Below, in pieces: positions 51,745 to 64,000 of a DNA stretch of 64,000 nt. This DNA is from Octopus sinensis. Lineage: Eukaryota. The number at the start of each line of letters is the position of its first letter. Positions within the stretch are counted from its first letter, which is position 1. The stretch covers positions 172,980,001-173,044,000 of the forward strand of contig NC_042997.1 of assembly GCF_006345805.1 (NCBI RefSeq), read 5' to 3'. A program made the position numbers and the translations under genes. The notes under the pieces were generated by a model that was not told the origin of the DNA, did not search any database, and worked only from the letters and a program-made list of their open reading frames with translations.

Positions 51745-53035
51745 AGAGAATCAACAGTGTTGGACAAAAATGCCTTGTGGTATTTATGTTTTTTGCTCTC
51801 GTGTTCAAACCTTACCAAGGTCAATTTTTCCTTTCATTTTTCTGAAGTTGATGAAATAAAGTACCCATCAAGTACAAAGGGTGATATAATCAACTTACTT
51901 CTCTCCATAATTTCTAGCCATGTCCTGTCGTTAAGCTTTTAATCAGGCAATGGATTAGCATAAACATTAGAATATTGGATAAAATGCCAAGCAGTATTTT
52001 CCTCTGGCTCTTTGCATTCCAAGTTCTTATCTTACAGAAGTAAACTTTGCCTTTCATCTCTCTGGATGTTGATAAGTAGCTCTCAGGTATTAGGATTGAA
52101 ATAATTGACTAACTCTACTTTCAAAATTACTTGTTTTGTGCCAAAAGTTATTGTTATTGTTATTATTATTATTATAAAGGTGTCAAGCTGGTAGAATTGT
52201 TAGCATGCTGGACGAAATGCTTAGCAGTATTTTGCCTGTCACTACGTTCTCAGTTCAAATTCTGCCAAGGTTGACTTTGCCTTTCATCCTTTCAGGGTCG
52301 ATAAAATAAGTACCAGTTGAACACTGGGGTTGATGTAATCGACTAGTCCCTTCCCGCCAAATTCCAGGCTTGCTTTGTGTCTATATTAGAAAGGATTATT
52401 ATTATCATTATTATTATCATTATTACATTGAGCTGGCAAAATTGTTAGCACACTGGACAAAATGCTTAGTGGCTTTCTATTTGTCGCTACGTCCTGAGTT
52501 CAAATTCCGCTGAGGTTGACTTTGCCGTTCATCCTTTCGGGGGGTCAATAAATTATGTACCAGTGAAACACTGGGGTCAATGTAATCGACTAGACCCCCT
52601 CCCACGAAATTGCAGAAAGGATTATTATTTTATAACTACTAAGATAGTAAATTAGCAGAATCATTAGAGTGTTTGAGAAAAAAATATCTTGCAGTATTTG
52701 TCCCATCTCTTTATGGTCTAAGTTCAAATCCCTCTGAGGTCACCTGTGCTTTTCATCCTTTTGAGTTGATAAAATCAAGTGTCACACAAGTACTGCTGTT
52801 GATGGCATTAGCTGATCACCACCCCCAGTCCTCAAAAACTGCTGGCCTTGTGCCTAAATTAGAAACAATTATTATTGTTGTCATTTTTAAGCAGTAGTAG
52901 TGGTAGTAGTAGCAGGTAGTGGTGAAGTAGCCTTAAAATGCTGACCTTGATGTGTTTGGGGTTCAAATACCCTCATGTTCAGTTTGATTTTCATGTTCTT
53001 GGAGGGTTAATAAAATAAGTACCTGTCATGTATTA
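51745..53035 (+). mobile_element. Cluster of about six head-to-tail SINE family A copies of differing ages
   Basis: The ttagca..ctgga.aaaatg...tttgcctttcatcc body recurs at ~51760, 51955, 52180, 52430, 52655 and 52930, separated by (ATT)n tails. Confidence 0.8.
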
Positions 53036-55002
53036 TTATAGCGAAAGGAGTCCACTGGAAAATTATCCCACATCATTTTAAAACATCTTTTCATATCTAT
53101 TATCTAAACCTAAGGTTTATAATAAATAACGAAGCTAGGCAGTAGTGGGATCCAATGATTTCCCTTGCCCAGTTCATCAACTGTTTCTCCTTCACATAGG
53201 CAAAATAAAACCACCTTGCATATAACAACACAGCCTTATATTAACTAGAATCCTTGAAATGAAACATGAAGTAAAATAAATCTAGCTAAAACTCTGAGTG
53301 TGAATATTGATAGGGGACTTCTCAATCTAAAAATTATTTCCCCACTGAAATCCACAAATTTAACCCCGCAATCTTGAAATTTCCTCCAGGGAAGAAATTC
53401 TCCCCCCCCAAGTTAAAAATTGCAGATTTACAGCAAATAGATTGTTGCCAGCAGCAGCGGCAACAGCAGCAGCAATGTTGTTATGCATTGGAGACAGGGA
53501 GAGAGACTGGACTTGCCTGCCAGTGCTAGTGTGATAGCTACTGTCTGTCTGTGTAGTGGGAGGGAGTCAGACAGATACACACATCATGATGCACAGGATA
53601 CAATTCTAGGAAAGCACCAAGAGCTGCTGGGCTTTAAGAATCTAAGGAGGTATAAATAAATGAAATATTGATATTATTTATCAGAATCACATGTGTGTGT
53701 GTGTGTGTGTGTGTGTTGTGATGTGAGGCTCCAGGTAAGCTTTGATTCACCAAACTTAACGATATGGAAGTAGCTGTGCTGTATTCTAATGCATTGTAAT
53801 ATATCATGCGTGTTAAATAAGGCATTGTGTTTGGTAGTGATGCATGTGTTATGCATTAACTATTAATTACTAAACCATCAAGGAAGCCTCTAATTTGTCA
53901 CCTCATCTGCATAAAAATAATAACCAAATCTTTCCTGGAATTATAACTTATGATCTTTAAAAAGAAAAAGAATAGATTAGAAAATTTAGTCCTGTTTAAT
54001 GAAAGTTTGTGTGAAAAGAATGATAAAGGATGGCCATTGTTGGAACACCTCAGAAATATAGATCCGCTTGATCAATATGGCCTGTGGTTAAATTAACTAC
54101 AACGTTAAGTATAAAACATACAACATCAAGTTTGAATCAGTTCTTTAAGGAAAGGTGTTGGTGTTGAAGGTAGCAGTAGTAGTAGTAACAACAGCAGCAA
54201 TGGTGGTAGTAGTAGTAGTAACAGCAGCAGCAATGGTAATAGTAGCAACAGTCATATGTTAGTGATATAATTTTAGTAGAGGAATAAAAAATAAAATTCA
54301 AACATAATGAAAAAACAAAGAAAATATAAAAATTAAAATTTGGTGGGGGGAAGGGGAAGAAAAAGATTTGCAGAAGGAAAAAAAAAACAGTAAAGAACAA
54401 AAATAAAACAAAAACAAATAAAAACTGTCTCCTTGGCTCCATTAGAAATAATGACTATGGTTATACAGCATGATAATGTTGGCTTTCAAGTAGACCCCCA
54501 CCACCACCTTACTCCTGTTCCAATTCTCCAGCTCTCACTCTTGTTTCCCTGTATATCAGCCTACTTCATATCTGTCACCCTCACTCTTTAGTGCAGATAA
54601 TGGTTTACTTAGAAAATAGATTTTTTTTTCTCCATGGCAGTAGCTGGAGCTGCCCCAGGGGAAGTAACCAAAAGAAAGCTGCTAAGAATTTATAATGCTC
54701 AATGATTTTCTCGGAGAATTTCATTATTGGATAAACTGAGAAGATTAGGGTGAAATGCTATTAATTTTTATCTGATTCTACAATCAAAAGACCAGACTTA
54801 AAGGTCTTATCAATAAGATTTTTCATAATATTCACCATGTTTACATGTTTTTGCTCTTTCTTTCCAGCTTTGATTAGATAACACTACACAAACACATATT
54901 TGTTGTTAAAGTTAATTACTTCTTCATTACCATGTATAGTATAGTAACCATATATGTGCCTCTGTGTGTATTTTCCATGTTGACATTATAATACGGTACA
55001 TA

Positions 55003-55215
55003 AGGCAGCGAGCTGGCAGAACTGTTACCACAGCAGGAAAAATGCTTAGCGGCGTTTCTTCTGACTTTACATTTTGATTTCAAAGACTTGTAAGGTTGAC
55101 TTTGCCTTTCATCCTTTTGGGGTTGATAAAATAAGTATCAGTTGAACATCAGGGTTGATGTAGGTGACTTATCCCCTATCCCCAAATTGCTGGCCTTGTG
55201 CTAAAATTGGAAATT
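55003..55215 (+). mobile_element. SINE family A
   Basis: aaggcagcgagctggcagaactgttacc...gttgactttgcctttcatccttttggggttgataaaataag...gctggccttgtgctaaaatt. Confidence 0.85.
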
Positions 55216-56828
55216 GACATATAATAAAGTATATTTGTTATCCTTTACTGGTGTCACTTATGATGAGTAGTAGTCAAGCAAAGAAAAACTACAAAACCAG
55301 ACTAAATCCACATATATCTCGTTTTTGAGAGTCAAGACTATTGAAAAGGTTGCAAGGCACAACGAAAATTTTAGGAAAATAAAAATTAGAAAAAAAAGCG
55401 GAAATTTTACTGGTGAGTGTGTTACATTATAAAGGCACAAAAAGAGAATGACTCTCCCCATCCACACATATCTTTTTACAAGTTTCAGTCAAATATCTGT
55501 GGCCTTGCTTTCTTGAGAATGTGTACTTGATAACAGTAACCCCAGAATATATTTTAACTTCAGAGGGATTAAGCTTAGCCTATGTTGATCGTAATTTGGC
55601 AGATGTAGTCAGCTTTGACCAACCCATCTGCTTTCTATGTGAAGGGAATTCACATCTAAGTTATCCAATAGTCATTTTTTAAAGACTAAAGGGTGTGGTT
55701 TGGAGGATTTTGGTTGATATTTGAAGCAAATTTAACTGGCTCTTCTTTCCCTGCTGATCTGTCCAAGCCCATTCTCTTAGCTGTGGTTTCGCTACACAGT
55801 AGATTGGGTCTCTCTTCTTGGCTCATAATAGACCAGTGTTTTACCTAGAAAGAGGATTGCCTCAAACAGTTAACTTTCAATAGGTCAGTGTGAGTATCTA
55901 GCTAAGGCATGAATGCACTCAATAGAATACAACACCAGCAGGGTATAATTGAGACAGCAGAAGGCAGTGTACAGTTGGCAAGTGTCTCCACTAGCTTGCT
56001 GTGCTGTGCTAAAATCTTCATATGTACAATGCTTAAAGAGGTATGGGACAAACAAATCTGACCCGTTTCTCCCTCACCTGAGATGATAAATCAACTATGT
56101 GAAAAACAAAGTGATGCCAGTATGGGTGCATGAGTATGAGACATGGGGAAGTTACGCAGAAACCCTAGCCCCCTACTTTCGCCAGTGGTCCTCTGCATAA
56201 ATAATTTTTACATTTATCAGAGAGAGTAAGAGTAAGCAAGAAACAAAGAATGGGAAAAAGGGAATGAGAGAAAAAGTGAAGAAATATAACAGAGTTAATG
56301 GTACATTAAAAAACCAACGAAAAAAACATTTCTAACAGTTTGAACAAATATAAATATTTAGGACTACATGAAAGGAGAATAACAGCAGACTACAATTTAA
56401 TAATGATACTACAGAGGAAAGAATTCTTCATTCCAAGTCTTGTCAACATTTAAATCCATTTTTCAGAGGCTAGGTTCTGGTTTCATTAATTACCCAATAT
56501 AAGGCAGAAAACTGTAAAATGTTGGACTGTATAAATGCCTCCGTAGTATTTGGTTACACTGCTCTATGGGTTCTGAGTCCAAAATCCAGAAGGAATTAAC
56601 TACTCTATTCCTTTCACCCTTTCAGAATGAGGAAGATGGAATGATTAGGATAAGACTAATAATATAAAATACTGTAGCTAATGTAATCAACTAGATGACA
56701 CCCACAGCCATCCACTGATGGATATGCTATATTGTGTGTGACTGTGAGGAATTCTAATTTAATTTAGATTATATAATTGTGTGGATTATGTGAATATAAA
56801 CAATTTACATACACTATGTCACCGCCAT

Positions 56829-57568
56829 CACCGTCACTGCTGTTGTCCTTGTCAACATCATGATCCACCATCACTGCTGTTGTCCTTGTCAACATCATGA
56901 TCCACTGTCACTGCTGTTGTCCTTGTCAACATCATGATCCACCGTCACTGCTGTTGTCCTTGTCTACATCATGATCCACTGTCACTGCTGTTGTCCTTGT
57001 CAACATCATGATCCACCGTCACTGCTGTTGTCCTTGTCAACATCATGATCCACCGTCACTGCTGTTGTCCTTGTCAACATCCTGATCCACCGTCACTGCT
57101 GTTGTCCTTGTCTACATCATGATCCACCGTCACTGCTGTTGTCCTTGTCAACATCATGACCCACCGTCACTGCTGTTGTCCTTGTCTACATCATGATCCA
57201 CTGTCACTGCTGTTACCCATGTCAACATCATGATCCACCGTCACTGCTGTTACCCATGTCAACATCATGATCCACCGTCACTGCTGTTGTCCTTGTCAAC
57301 ATCCTGATCCACCGTCACTGCTGTTGTCCTTGTCTACATCATGATCCACCGTCACTGCTGTTGTCCTTGTCAACATCCTGATCCACCGTCACTGCTGTTG
57401 TCCTTGTCTACATCATGATCCACCGTCACTGCTGTTGTCCTTGTCAACATCATGATCCACCGTCACTGCTGTTGTCCTTGTCAACATCATGATCCACCGT
57501 CACTGCTGTTGTCCTTGTCAACATCATGATCCACCGTCACAGCTGTTGCCCTTGTTAACATCATGATC
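56829..57568. repeat. 37-bp minisatellite, about 20 copies
   Basis: Unit ccaccgtcactgctgttgtccttgtcaacatcatgat; caacatcatgatc recurs at 57001 and 57038. Confidence 0.97.
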
Positions 57569-58621
57569 ATCATCACATTATATTTTCCATGCTCGAATCA
57601 TCAGGGCCCTTTACAGCAAGGACTGGGTGCATTTGAACATGTCACTAGTCAAGTTACCTGAAGCAAGATGAGAGAGACCTCTCTACTCTGTATCAGTTTT
57701 TATTCAGACTTGCAGTCCTTCCTGTGTGTATATGCATGTAATGTGTATCAATCACTGCCTTAAATGCATGCACACACACACACACACACACACATTATAT
57801 CAATAAACGCAATAATAATTTGTTACATAATCATTTGCACAAAATTGCAAATCTATATTTGTAAGGGCACCGTCAATTGGTTAGATTCTAGATATGTTGC
57901 TAATACTTACTTATTGGTACCAGAAGGATGTAAAGGCAAAGAGTTGACCCTGACAAAACTTTAAATTGGAACGTTAAGGTTATAATCAAATTTGTACTGT
58001 CTGCACTCCTCTAAATTTTCTCATAACTTGCTTTCTTTAGTTTCTACTAAGGTACCAAAGGAAGTGGCTATACCATTTTTCTGAACTGCAGCAAGTGAGC
58101 ATTTACTGAGGGAACAATGGAACCTTCGCTAAACCAACTTGAAATAAAAAATTATGTCCTTGACCATAGTCCTGCTCAGCCAGTGCTAATCGAGGACTAA
58201 GTAACATGTGGAAGTGTCTTAAAAATGAAAATCTCGAGTGAAAAATGTATATTCCAGTACATACTTCAGTTAATGGGCTTCATATATTAGTTAAATTAAC
58301 AGCACCACCATTATTTCAGTATCAAATTTAATGTTTTTCTGCACTGCTCTCATTTATTTGCAAGTTTCACTAGTGATTAATTTAATCATGTCCACAATGA
58401 TAAAGGATTTTGTAGGGAGGAGACTTACCATTTTTTTTTTTAATGTTAAGAACTTGTACTAATTAGCCAGTGTAAAATGAAACTGCTTCATTAAATTGGG
58501 AAACTGAATGAAGCTATATCATAAAAGAAAAAACACACAAAAATGAAGTAAAATTAAATTAACCAATCTCTGAATAATGAATAAATGTACAATTATACAC
58601 ACATACACACACTATATATAT

Positions 58622-58686
<65 letters not shown>

Positions 58687-58688
<2 letters not shown>

Positions 58689-58760
58689 TAGCAGCTAAGC
58701 CTGGTTTCACCCGGTTGGTTTTGATGATGTAGCTGTAAAACCTGCTCTGTGTAAGCATTT
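58687..58760 (+). mobile_element. Possible Helentron/HINE-like 5' end
   Basis: actagcagctaagcctggtttcacccgg follows a microsatellite and parallels the actagcag...cccgg start at 9119. Confidence 0.35.
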
Positions 58761-60364
58761 GATTTGTTTGGGCATGCTTACATTAAAAAAACAATTTTAG
58801 AATGACTTTTTCTGTCAAAACACTAAAAATAACTGACCAACAACAACAAAAAAAAAAAACAACCAAGATTCAACCAAATCACAAAATAAACCCAAGTAAG
58901 CAAACACAAATGAACTTCCATTGCATGTGCACACACACACATTCGCATACCCCTTTTACATACACACACATATATTCACACAGAGTTGAAATGCTGTTTG
59001 ATTTATTTTTTTCAGTGTACAATTTTCATCATCCCACTACCAAGTATGACATCACCCCTTCCTTTCTCATTCATAAACACAAGAGCATTATTATAGTAGA
59101 TTATCTCAGTAACCATGGGAGCTATGAAAAGAATACAAAGCCCAGCATCACCACCAGAACATTCTACACATCTGTGTAATTTTTCGCACAATTCCACCCA
59201 GCCATTTGACTGTGAATCCCAAGACAAGAAAGAATTGCCCATGTTAAATTTATATGTATAGATTTACAGTGCCAATACAATTATAGAAGAAATAGTCAAG
59301 ACATCAGAAAATGAATTTTAAAATACGCTAGACTGGATCGACTCACTGTTTGACTAGGTCATTACTTTTTTTTAATTCTAAGTTTAACTCCTTCTAGGTT
59401 TGGTTTACTTTTGCTTTTCATCGAGGTTTATTGTTTTTATTGTTGTTTAAGGACAGGGCAGTACTGATTGAGAACACCTGTAATCATAAGCTACTCTCAT
59501 CCTTGTTTTCAAACATGCCATATTTCACGGTGTGTAAGACACTGTTTTTGCCAAAAAAATGTATCAAAATCACCCCAGATTCTATATGTAAAATTGAGCA
59601 TCCCACAAGCTTTAATGCATTGAACATTTTTTCCTCTGAATATGAGCTACTGAAATTGGAGTGTCTTATATGCAAGGTATCAACTTTGCATTTTTCTTAT
59701 TGGAAAGTTCTAAACTCCTTCAAACCCGTACCAAACCACTTGAGAGTGACTCTGGGTCTATGACAGACAAAGAAAAAAAAACCTCCTGTTTTAAAGTATT
59801 CTTGTTTTTAGCTAACATTTTATGCAAGAACTATTTTATTTTTTTGCTAAATTTCATTAATTCCAAACACTTAATAATGCTTATTAATAAGTTGGCTGTT
59901 TTAATAAATCCCTTTCAAGTTTTTGCCTATTTTCGGAGTTAACTGAAACATATAAGCAATATATATTTAATTAGAAATGTGGTCACAAAACCATTAAACC
60001 CACTAATACACTAATGAAATCAACACTACTACTAATACTACCAATCTAATACTACACAACAACTAACACTACCAATCAGCAAGTAAACCAGCTGCCAAAT
60101 AGGATGATGATTCATATTTCATAACCAGCTGCAGTCTATGATGCATATCATTGAATAGGAAGAAACATTAAACTATGGATGTTCCAGTGCACCTAATCAC
60201 AAACAATGACCATGAGAGCAAAAAGGAGTAGGCACACCTCTCTGCTACAAAGAATGTTTGAGATAAGATGTTCATGCTGAACATTAACTGCATCAATCTC
60301 CTTGGTGTGGGATGACTTGTTAAAGTCATGGATATTGTCCAAATGTCTCTGATTCTCTAATTTA

Positions 60365-60598
60365 ACCCTTTAGCATCGGACATATCTGGCCCAAATATTC
60401 TACCTGTCTTTTGAAGCTGACCAGATCCACTTACCCTACAATGTTAATCTAAAAATTGTCACATCTTCAACATCTTGAAGCTACCAGACAATATAGGATT
60501 AATTTTAAAAAATGTAAATAAATAAACATTGATTAATTCTAAAAAATGTGAATAAATAAACATTATCTTTGACGAACTAATTTGATTGCTAAAGGTTT
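60365..60598. mobile_element. piggyBac-like MITE, family P2, with an internal ~34-bp duplication
   Basis: Ends ttaa-ccctttagcat and ttgctaaagg-tttaa. The segment gattaatt.taaaaaatgt.aataaataaacatt occurs twice. Confidence 0.75.
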
Positions 60599-61052
60599 AA
60601 CAGAAAAATAAAAAGTACTGTGTAATTGACACATAACTATAGACAAGCATTTTTAAAGATATAATACATCTTAAAATGCTGTTCTTGTTGTTTAGTTCCA
60701 GGTTAGCCCTGATCAAACAGACCAAACCTGTAATCAAATGTATTGTCACGGTGATCACAAAAACAGATGCGAGTTCAGAGATGTGGTTGTTATTTCTAAC
60801 AGATAGACTGACCACATAAAGCACCTTCATCCCTCAATTCTGTTATACTTATTCTCCCATAACAACCACCATCATCATCATATAAGAGTGGTTGGAAGGT
60901 ATCAATGCACTGCAGAATGAGAGCTTCAAAATGCTGTTGCTAGCTTTACTGTAGTAGCTGTAGACCTACATGTCTATTCTGTGCAACTGTGAACTGGATG
61001 GAGAGCTTATGTAGATGAGTGATAACTTAGCCTTGGCCATCAACATCTAGAT

Positions 61053-61293
61053 CGGTGTTACTCAACCATTTTTCACCTACAGACCCCTTTGATACCTTTT
61101 TAACGTGGGTGAACCCTCATGGCCATTCAATCTTTAAAAACAATTCTATTGTAGTTTTATAATTAAATATTATTAGGAATTGTAATTTAAAAAATTGCTA
61201 AAATATTTTGTGTACTGGAGAAGTATAACCGGTTTATTGCACTTAAATTTTTTAACAACAAAATCTTATATGTACCCTGGCTGAGAACCACTG
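61053..61293. mobile_element. hAT (Charlie-type) MITE, 241 bp, with 8-bp TSD
   Basis: TSD atctagat at 61045-61052 and 61294-61301, fitting the NTCTAGAN target type. Imperfect TIRs are cggtgttactcaacc and ggctgagaaccactg. Confidence 0.9.
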
Positions 61294-62365
61294 ATCTAGA
61301 TGAAATCTAAACTCAAAACACACAAAGTACTAGAACAGATGCGCTAATAATTCCATTAACCCACTGCACTGGACTGGTACTTAATGTATTGACCTCAAAA
61401 AGATGAACATTGATCTCAGAGGGATGCTGAAGTGCAGAATGAATATGACTCAGCATTCACTCACCCATTTTCGTCTTCCTAAGACAAAAACATCACACAT
61501 TCAATTATCATCTTTTTTTTTTTTTATATTCCTTTATTAAGAAAGTATAAAGTATTTAAAAGGTTAAATTAGCACACTCAAGTGTGCAGTCACACAAACA
61601 CATTTAAATATTCATCAGGCCTTCAGTAGTAGTATTATGTCATTAATGTATATCTTACTCCAGAATGTGTGTGCGTGTGCATGCGCATGTGTGACAGAGT
61701 ACATACTCTCTTGGGATTTAATACATCACATCCATATACACCAATGCTGCACACACAAATATGCATAGAATTGATACATGGATATATGATGTGTAAAATC
61801 CCAAGAGATAATCAATTCATGCAAAGAATATGGGGAAAAGCAAAAAAAAAAAAAAAAAGACTTCTCATAATAGAATTTATAGATTGAAGTTTCCATATTT
61901 CCATGCGAATGTCACTGTTGACATATAACACTGCTGGTAGGAACAGGAAATTTAGGTTGTCTTCTACACTAAATATTATCAGATGCTATAACCGATACAC
62001 ACATACACAAAAATGCCGGCATGCACACACTCATATATAGTCATTGGAAGAACTACATATTTTTATGGTTTAATGTTCGAGTTCACATGCTCAATAAACG
62101 CATGATAGTAATGGTGATAGTTACAAAGAATTAAGTATAGTAGTTAGTCTATGATATATGTGTAAATAAGTAGTCTTTTGTAACTTGTAACAAACACTTA
62201 GTGTAGGAGATAGCTATAGGTAGATATTAACCGCTTTCTCCTTGTCTCCTGTAAAGGTTTATGTGACAGAAAGAGATAGTAGCAATCACGGAAAGTGAAT
62301 TAGGAAAAACATAGCAGGGAGCATGATCTAGCTTAATATCCACCCTACTAATAATTCAACATATA

Positions 62366-62406
<41 letters not shown>

Positions 62407-62529
62407 TGTGTAAATACACTCAAGTAAAAAAGGAAATGTAAAAAAAGTTATGTATAATGTGATGGAAACATGAAATCAAACATTTTGAACAGGGGATACC
62501 TTTGAAGAGTATAATATTCTTCTGAAATA

Positions 62530-62770
62530 TTAGGCTTCCCAACCAAATGGTCCTGGGTTCAGTACTATTGTGTGGTATTTCACTACAACACCAGGCCAAC
62601 CAAAGCCTCAAGAGTGGATTTGGCAGATGAAAACTGACTGAAGTCTATCATGTGTGTGTGTGTGTACATAGATACATCACATAACAAGTGCCTGTGCTAG
62701 TGTCACATAAGCACCCAGAAAGTGGATGGCATTAGGAAGGGCATCCATAGAAACCAGATAAGCCACCTAT
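62530..62770 (+). mobile_element. Degenerate SINE family B head followed by a family C fragment
   Basis: cttcccaaccaaatggtcctgggttcag...ccaaagcctcaagagtggatttggcag; ggcattaggaagggcatcc. Confidence 0.6.
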
Positions 62771-63709
62771 ACCTGGATACAACTCACTCAACAAGAACTC
62801 CCTACATGAATGGACCATGACACTACAAAACATGAGTTAAAAAAAGAGTTAGCTAATCCAATCAGATGGTGCTATTAAGTTAGACATGGTCTGGAAAAAT
62901 CTTTGGTCAAAACTTATCCAAGTTTTATATTTATATATATATATATATATATACACACACATATTAGAGGGAAACCATTATGTGGACACCCTTATACTAG
63001 AAATAGATCAGTTTTTTTATATGCTAGACCACTGGTGTGAAATCAATGTTAATTAAATTAATATCTAACTTCTCACCCTCATTTTAAATTTATGTATATA
63101 TATATATATAAAATCACACATATTTTTACACATCCACACAAATCATATATATATATATATATATATACATACGCACACTAACACGCGCGCAAATATCAAG
63201 CATGCACATGGCCATGTGGTTAAGAAATTTGGTTCCCACACCTTGATTTAAAGCCGTTTCTTTTAATTTCATTGGAATTATTAAAGTCAACACATATACA
63301 TATAGTCAGAGACACATATATACATTCATATAGATGTACACTGGCTTTAGCAAAAGCCAACATCAGAATCAATACTTGTGTTTCTATAACACTGTTCATC
63401 CTGTCCCACTTGTGTGGTGTGTCAATAAATAAATAATTTAATGTGCTGACCATCACAGTATATATAGCACAATTTGATATTGATCAGAACAGTATGTATT
63501 CATACTTTCTCTATCATGTTCACCCCCCCCCCCCATCTGCATTCCCTTGCTGACATCAGTGTGTAAGAAATACTGTTACTGGCTTCAGGTAGAATGAAAA
63601 GTAAAGGTGAAAAGAAAATTTCCGATAGCTAACAGGGTGAGAGAAAGTGAGAAAGTGTGTGTGTATGTGAATAATGTACACATTCATGCATGCATTCTAA
63701 TACAATATT

Positions 63710-63984
63710 TACATTATTTACAATTGACGGATATTTGTCCTCGTCCTGTTTGTTGTTAACACAAGGTTTCGGCTGATATACCCTCCAGCCTTTATCAGGT
63801 GTCTTGGGAAAATTTTCAAACCTGGGTTCTCATTCCTAAGGTATTTTTCAATGTTTTTGCTGTTATTATTATTATTATTCAGGTCACTGCCTGGAATCGA
63901 ACTCGGAATCTTGGGGTTAGTAGCCTTCATTCTTAACCACTAAGCCAAGATGAGGACAAATATCCGTCAATTGTAAATAATGTA
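63710..63984 (-). mobile_element. Composite non-autonomous element: tRNA-like head, (AAT)n, hammerhead-like Penelope-type tail, and an inverted copy of its 3' end at the 5' side
   Basis: The minus-strand head is ggcttagtggttaagaatgaaggctactaaccccaagattccgagttcgattccagg (63885-63947). The HHR-like segment is 63758-63803. A 36-bp inverted repeat lies at 63710-63745 / 63949-63984 with 1 mismatch. Confidence 0.65.
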
Positions 63985-64000
63985 CATAATTCCTCATCTC

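Larger units (their letters stand above)
5622..64000 (-). other. Large upstream intron of the PBX gene (preceding exon not found in window)
   Basis: A manual scan found no exon encoding the expected KHxLNCHRMKPALFxVLCEIKEKT or DQSLDEAQAR segments. The content is repeats and unique non-coding DNA. A missed short exon cannot be excluded. Confidence 0.7.

Noticed and set aside
53170-53200. Minus-strand LCEGET resembling PBX exon 2 (LCEIKEKT)
   Set aside because: It lacks IK, and no HRMKPALF lies upstream, so it is a chance match.
53450-53475. (CAG)n-like run suggesting polyQ or polyA coding; similar runs at 22725-22790 and 54170-54250
   Set aside because: There is no flanking splice-bounded ORF or homology, so these are simple trinucleotide repeats.
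55740-56170. GC-richer unique stretch that might be an exon or TE remnant
   Set aside because: The frames I checked had stops and no recognisable protein motif.
56829-57568. Regular 37-bp repeats as a CRISPR array
   Set aside because: The units are directly tandem with no unique spacers, there are no cas genes, and the context is eukaryotic.
57650-57685. Recursive-splice-like site tctctctcatcttgcttcag|gtaact on the minus strand
   Set aside because: The donor is imperfect and such motifs are expected by chance. It cannot be supported without saw-tooth RNA-seq evidence.

Overview
Eukaryotic, AT-rich, microsatellite- and retroposon-dense DNA. The repeat families look like those of Octopus; this is inference from recalled SINE architecture, not a search. 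The only host coding sequence I can support is one 251-bp minus-strand internal exon (5371-5621) of a PBX/extradenticle TALE homeobox gene. It has clean AG/GT boundaries and covers the PBC-A end, Ala-rich linker and PBC-B start. I found no other PBX exon, so the rest appears to be intron: more than 58 kb upstream and more than 5.3 kb downstream. The intron holds many tRNA-derived SINEs, 3' fragments of RTE and CR1/L2-type LINEs, a fossil R4/Dong-type (RLE) retrotransposon, piggyBac-, hAT- and Helentron-type non-autonomous elements, a 37-bp minisatellite and a ~7.4-kb degenerate AT/TATC tract. The best second-look items are (i) three short elements with minimal hammerhead-ribozyme-like architecture typical of Penelope-like elements, all on the PBX sense strand, one fused to a tRNA-like head; and (ii) a perfect 113-bp palindrome 1.8 kb from the exon. 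Almost all ORFs in the track are microsatellite or repeat noise. Repeat boundaries are approximate unless a TSD or TIR is quoted.
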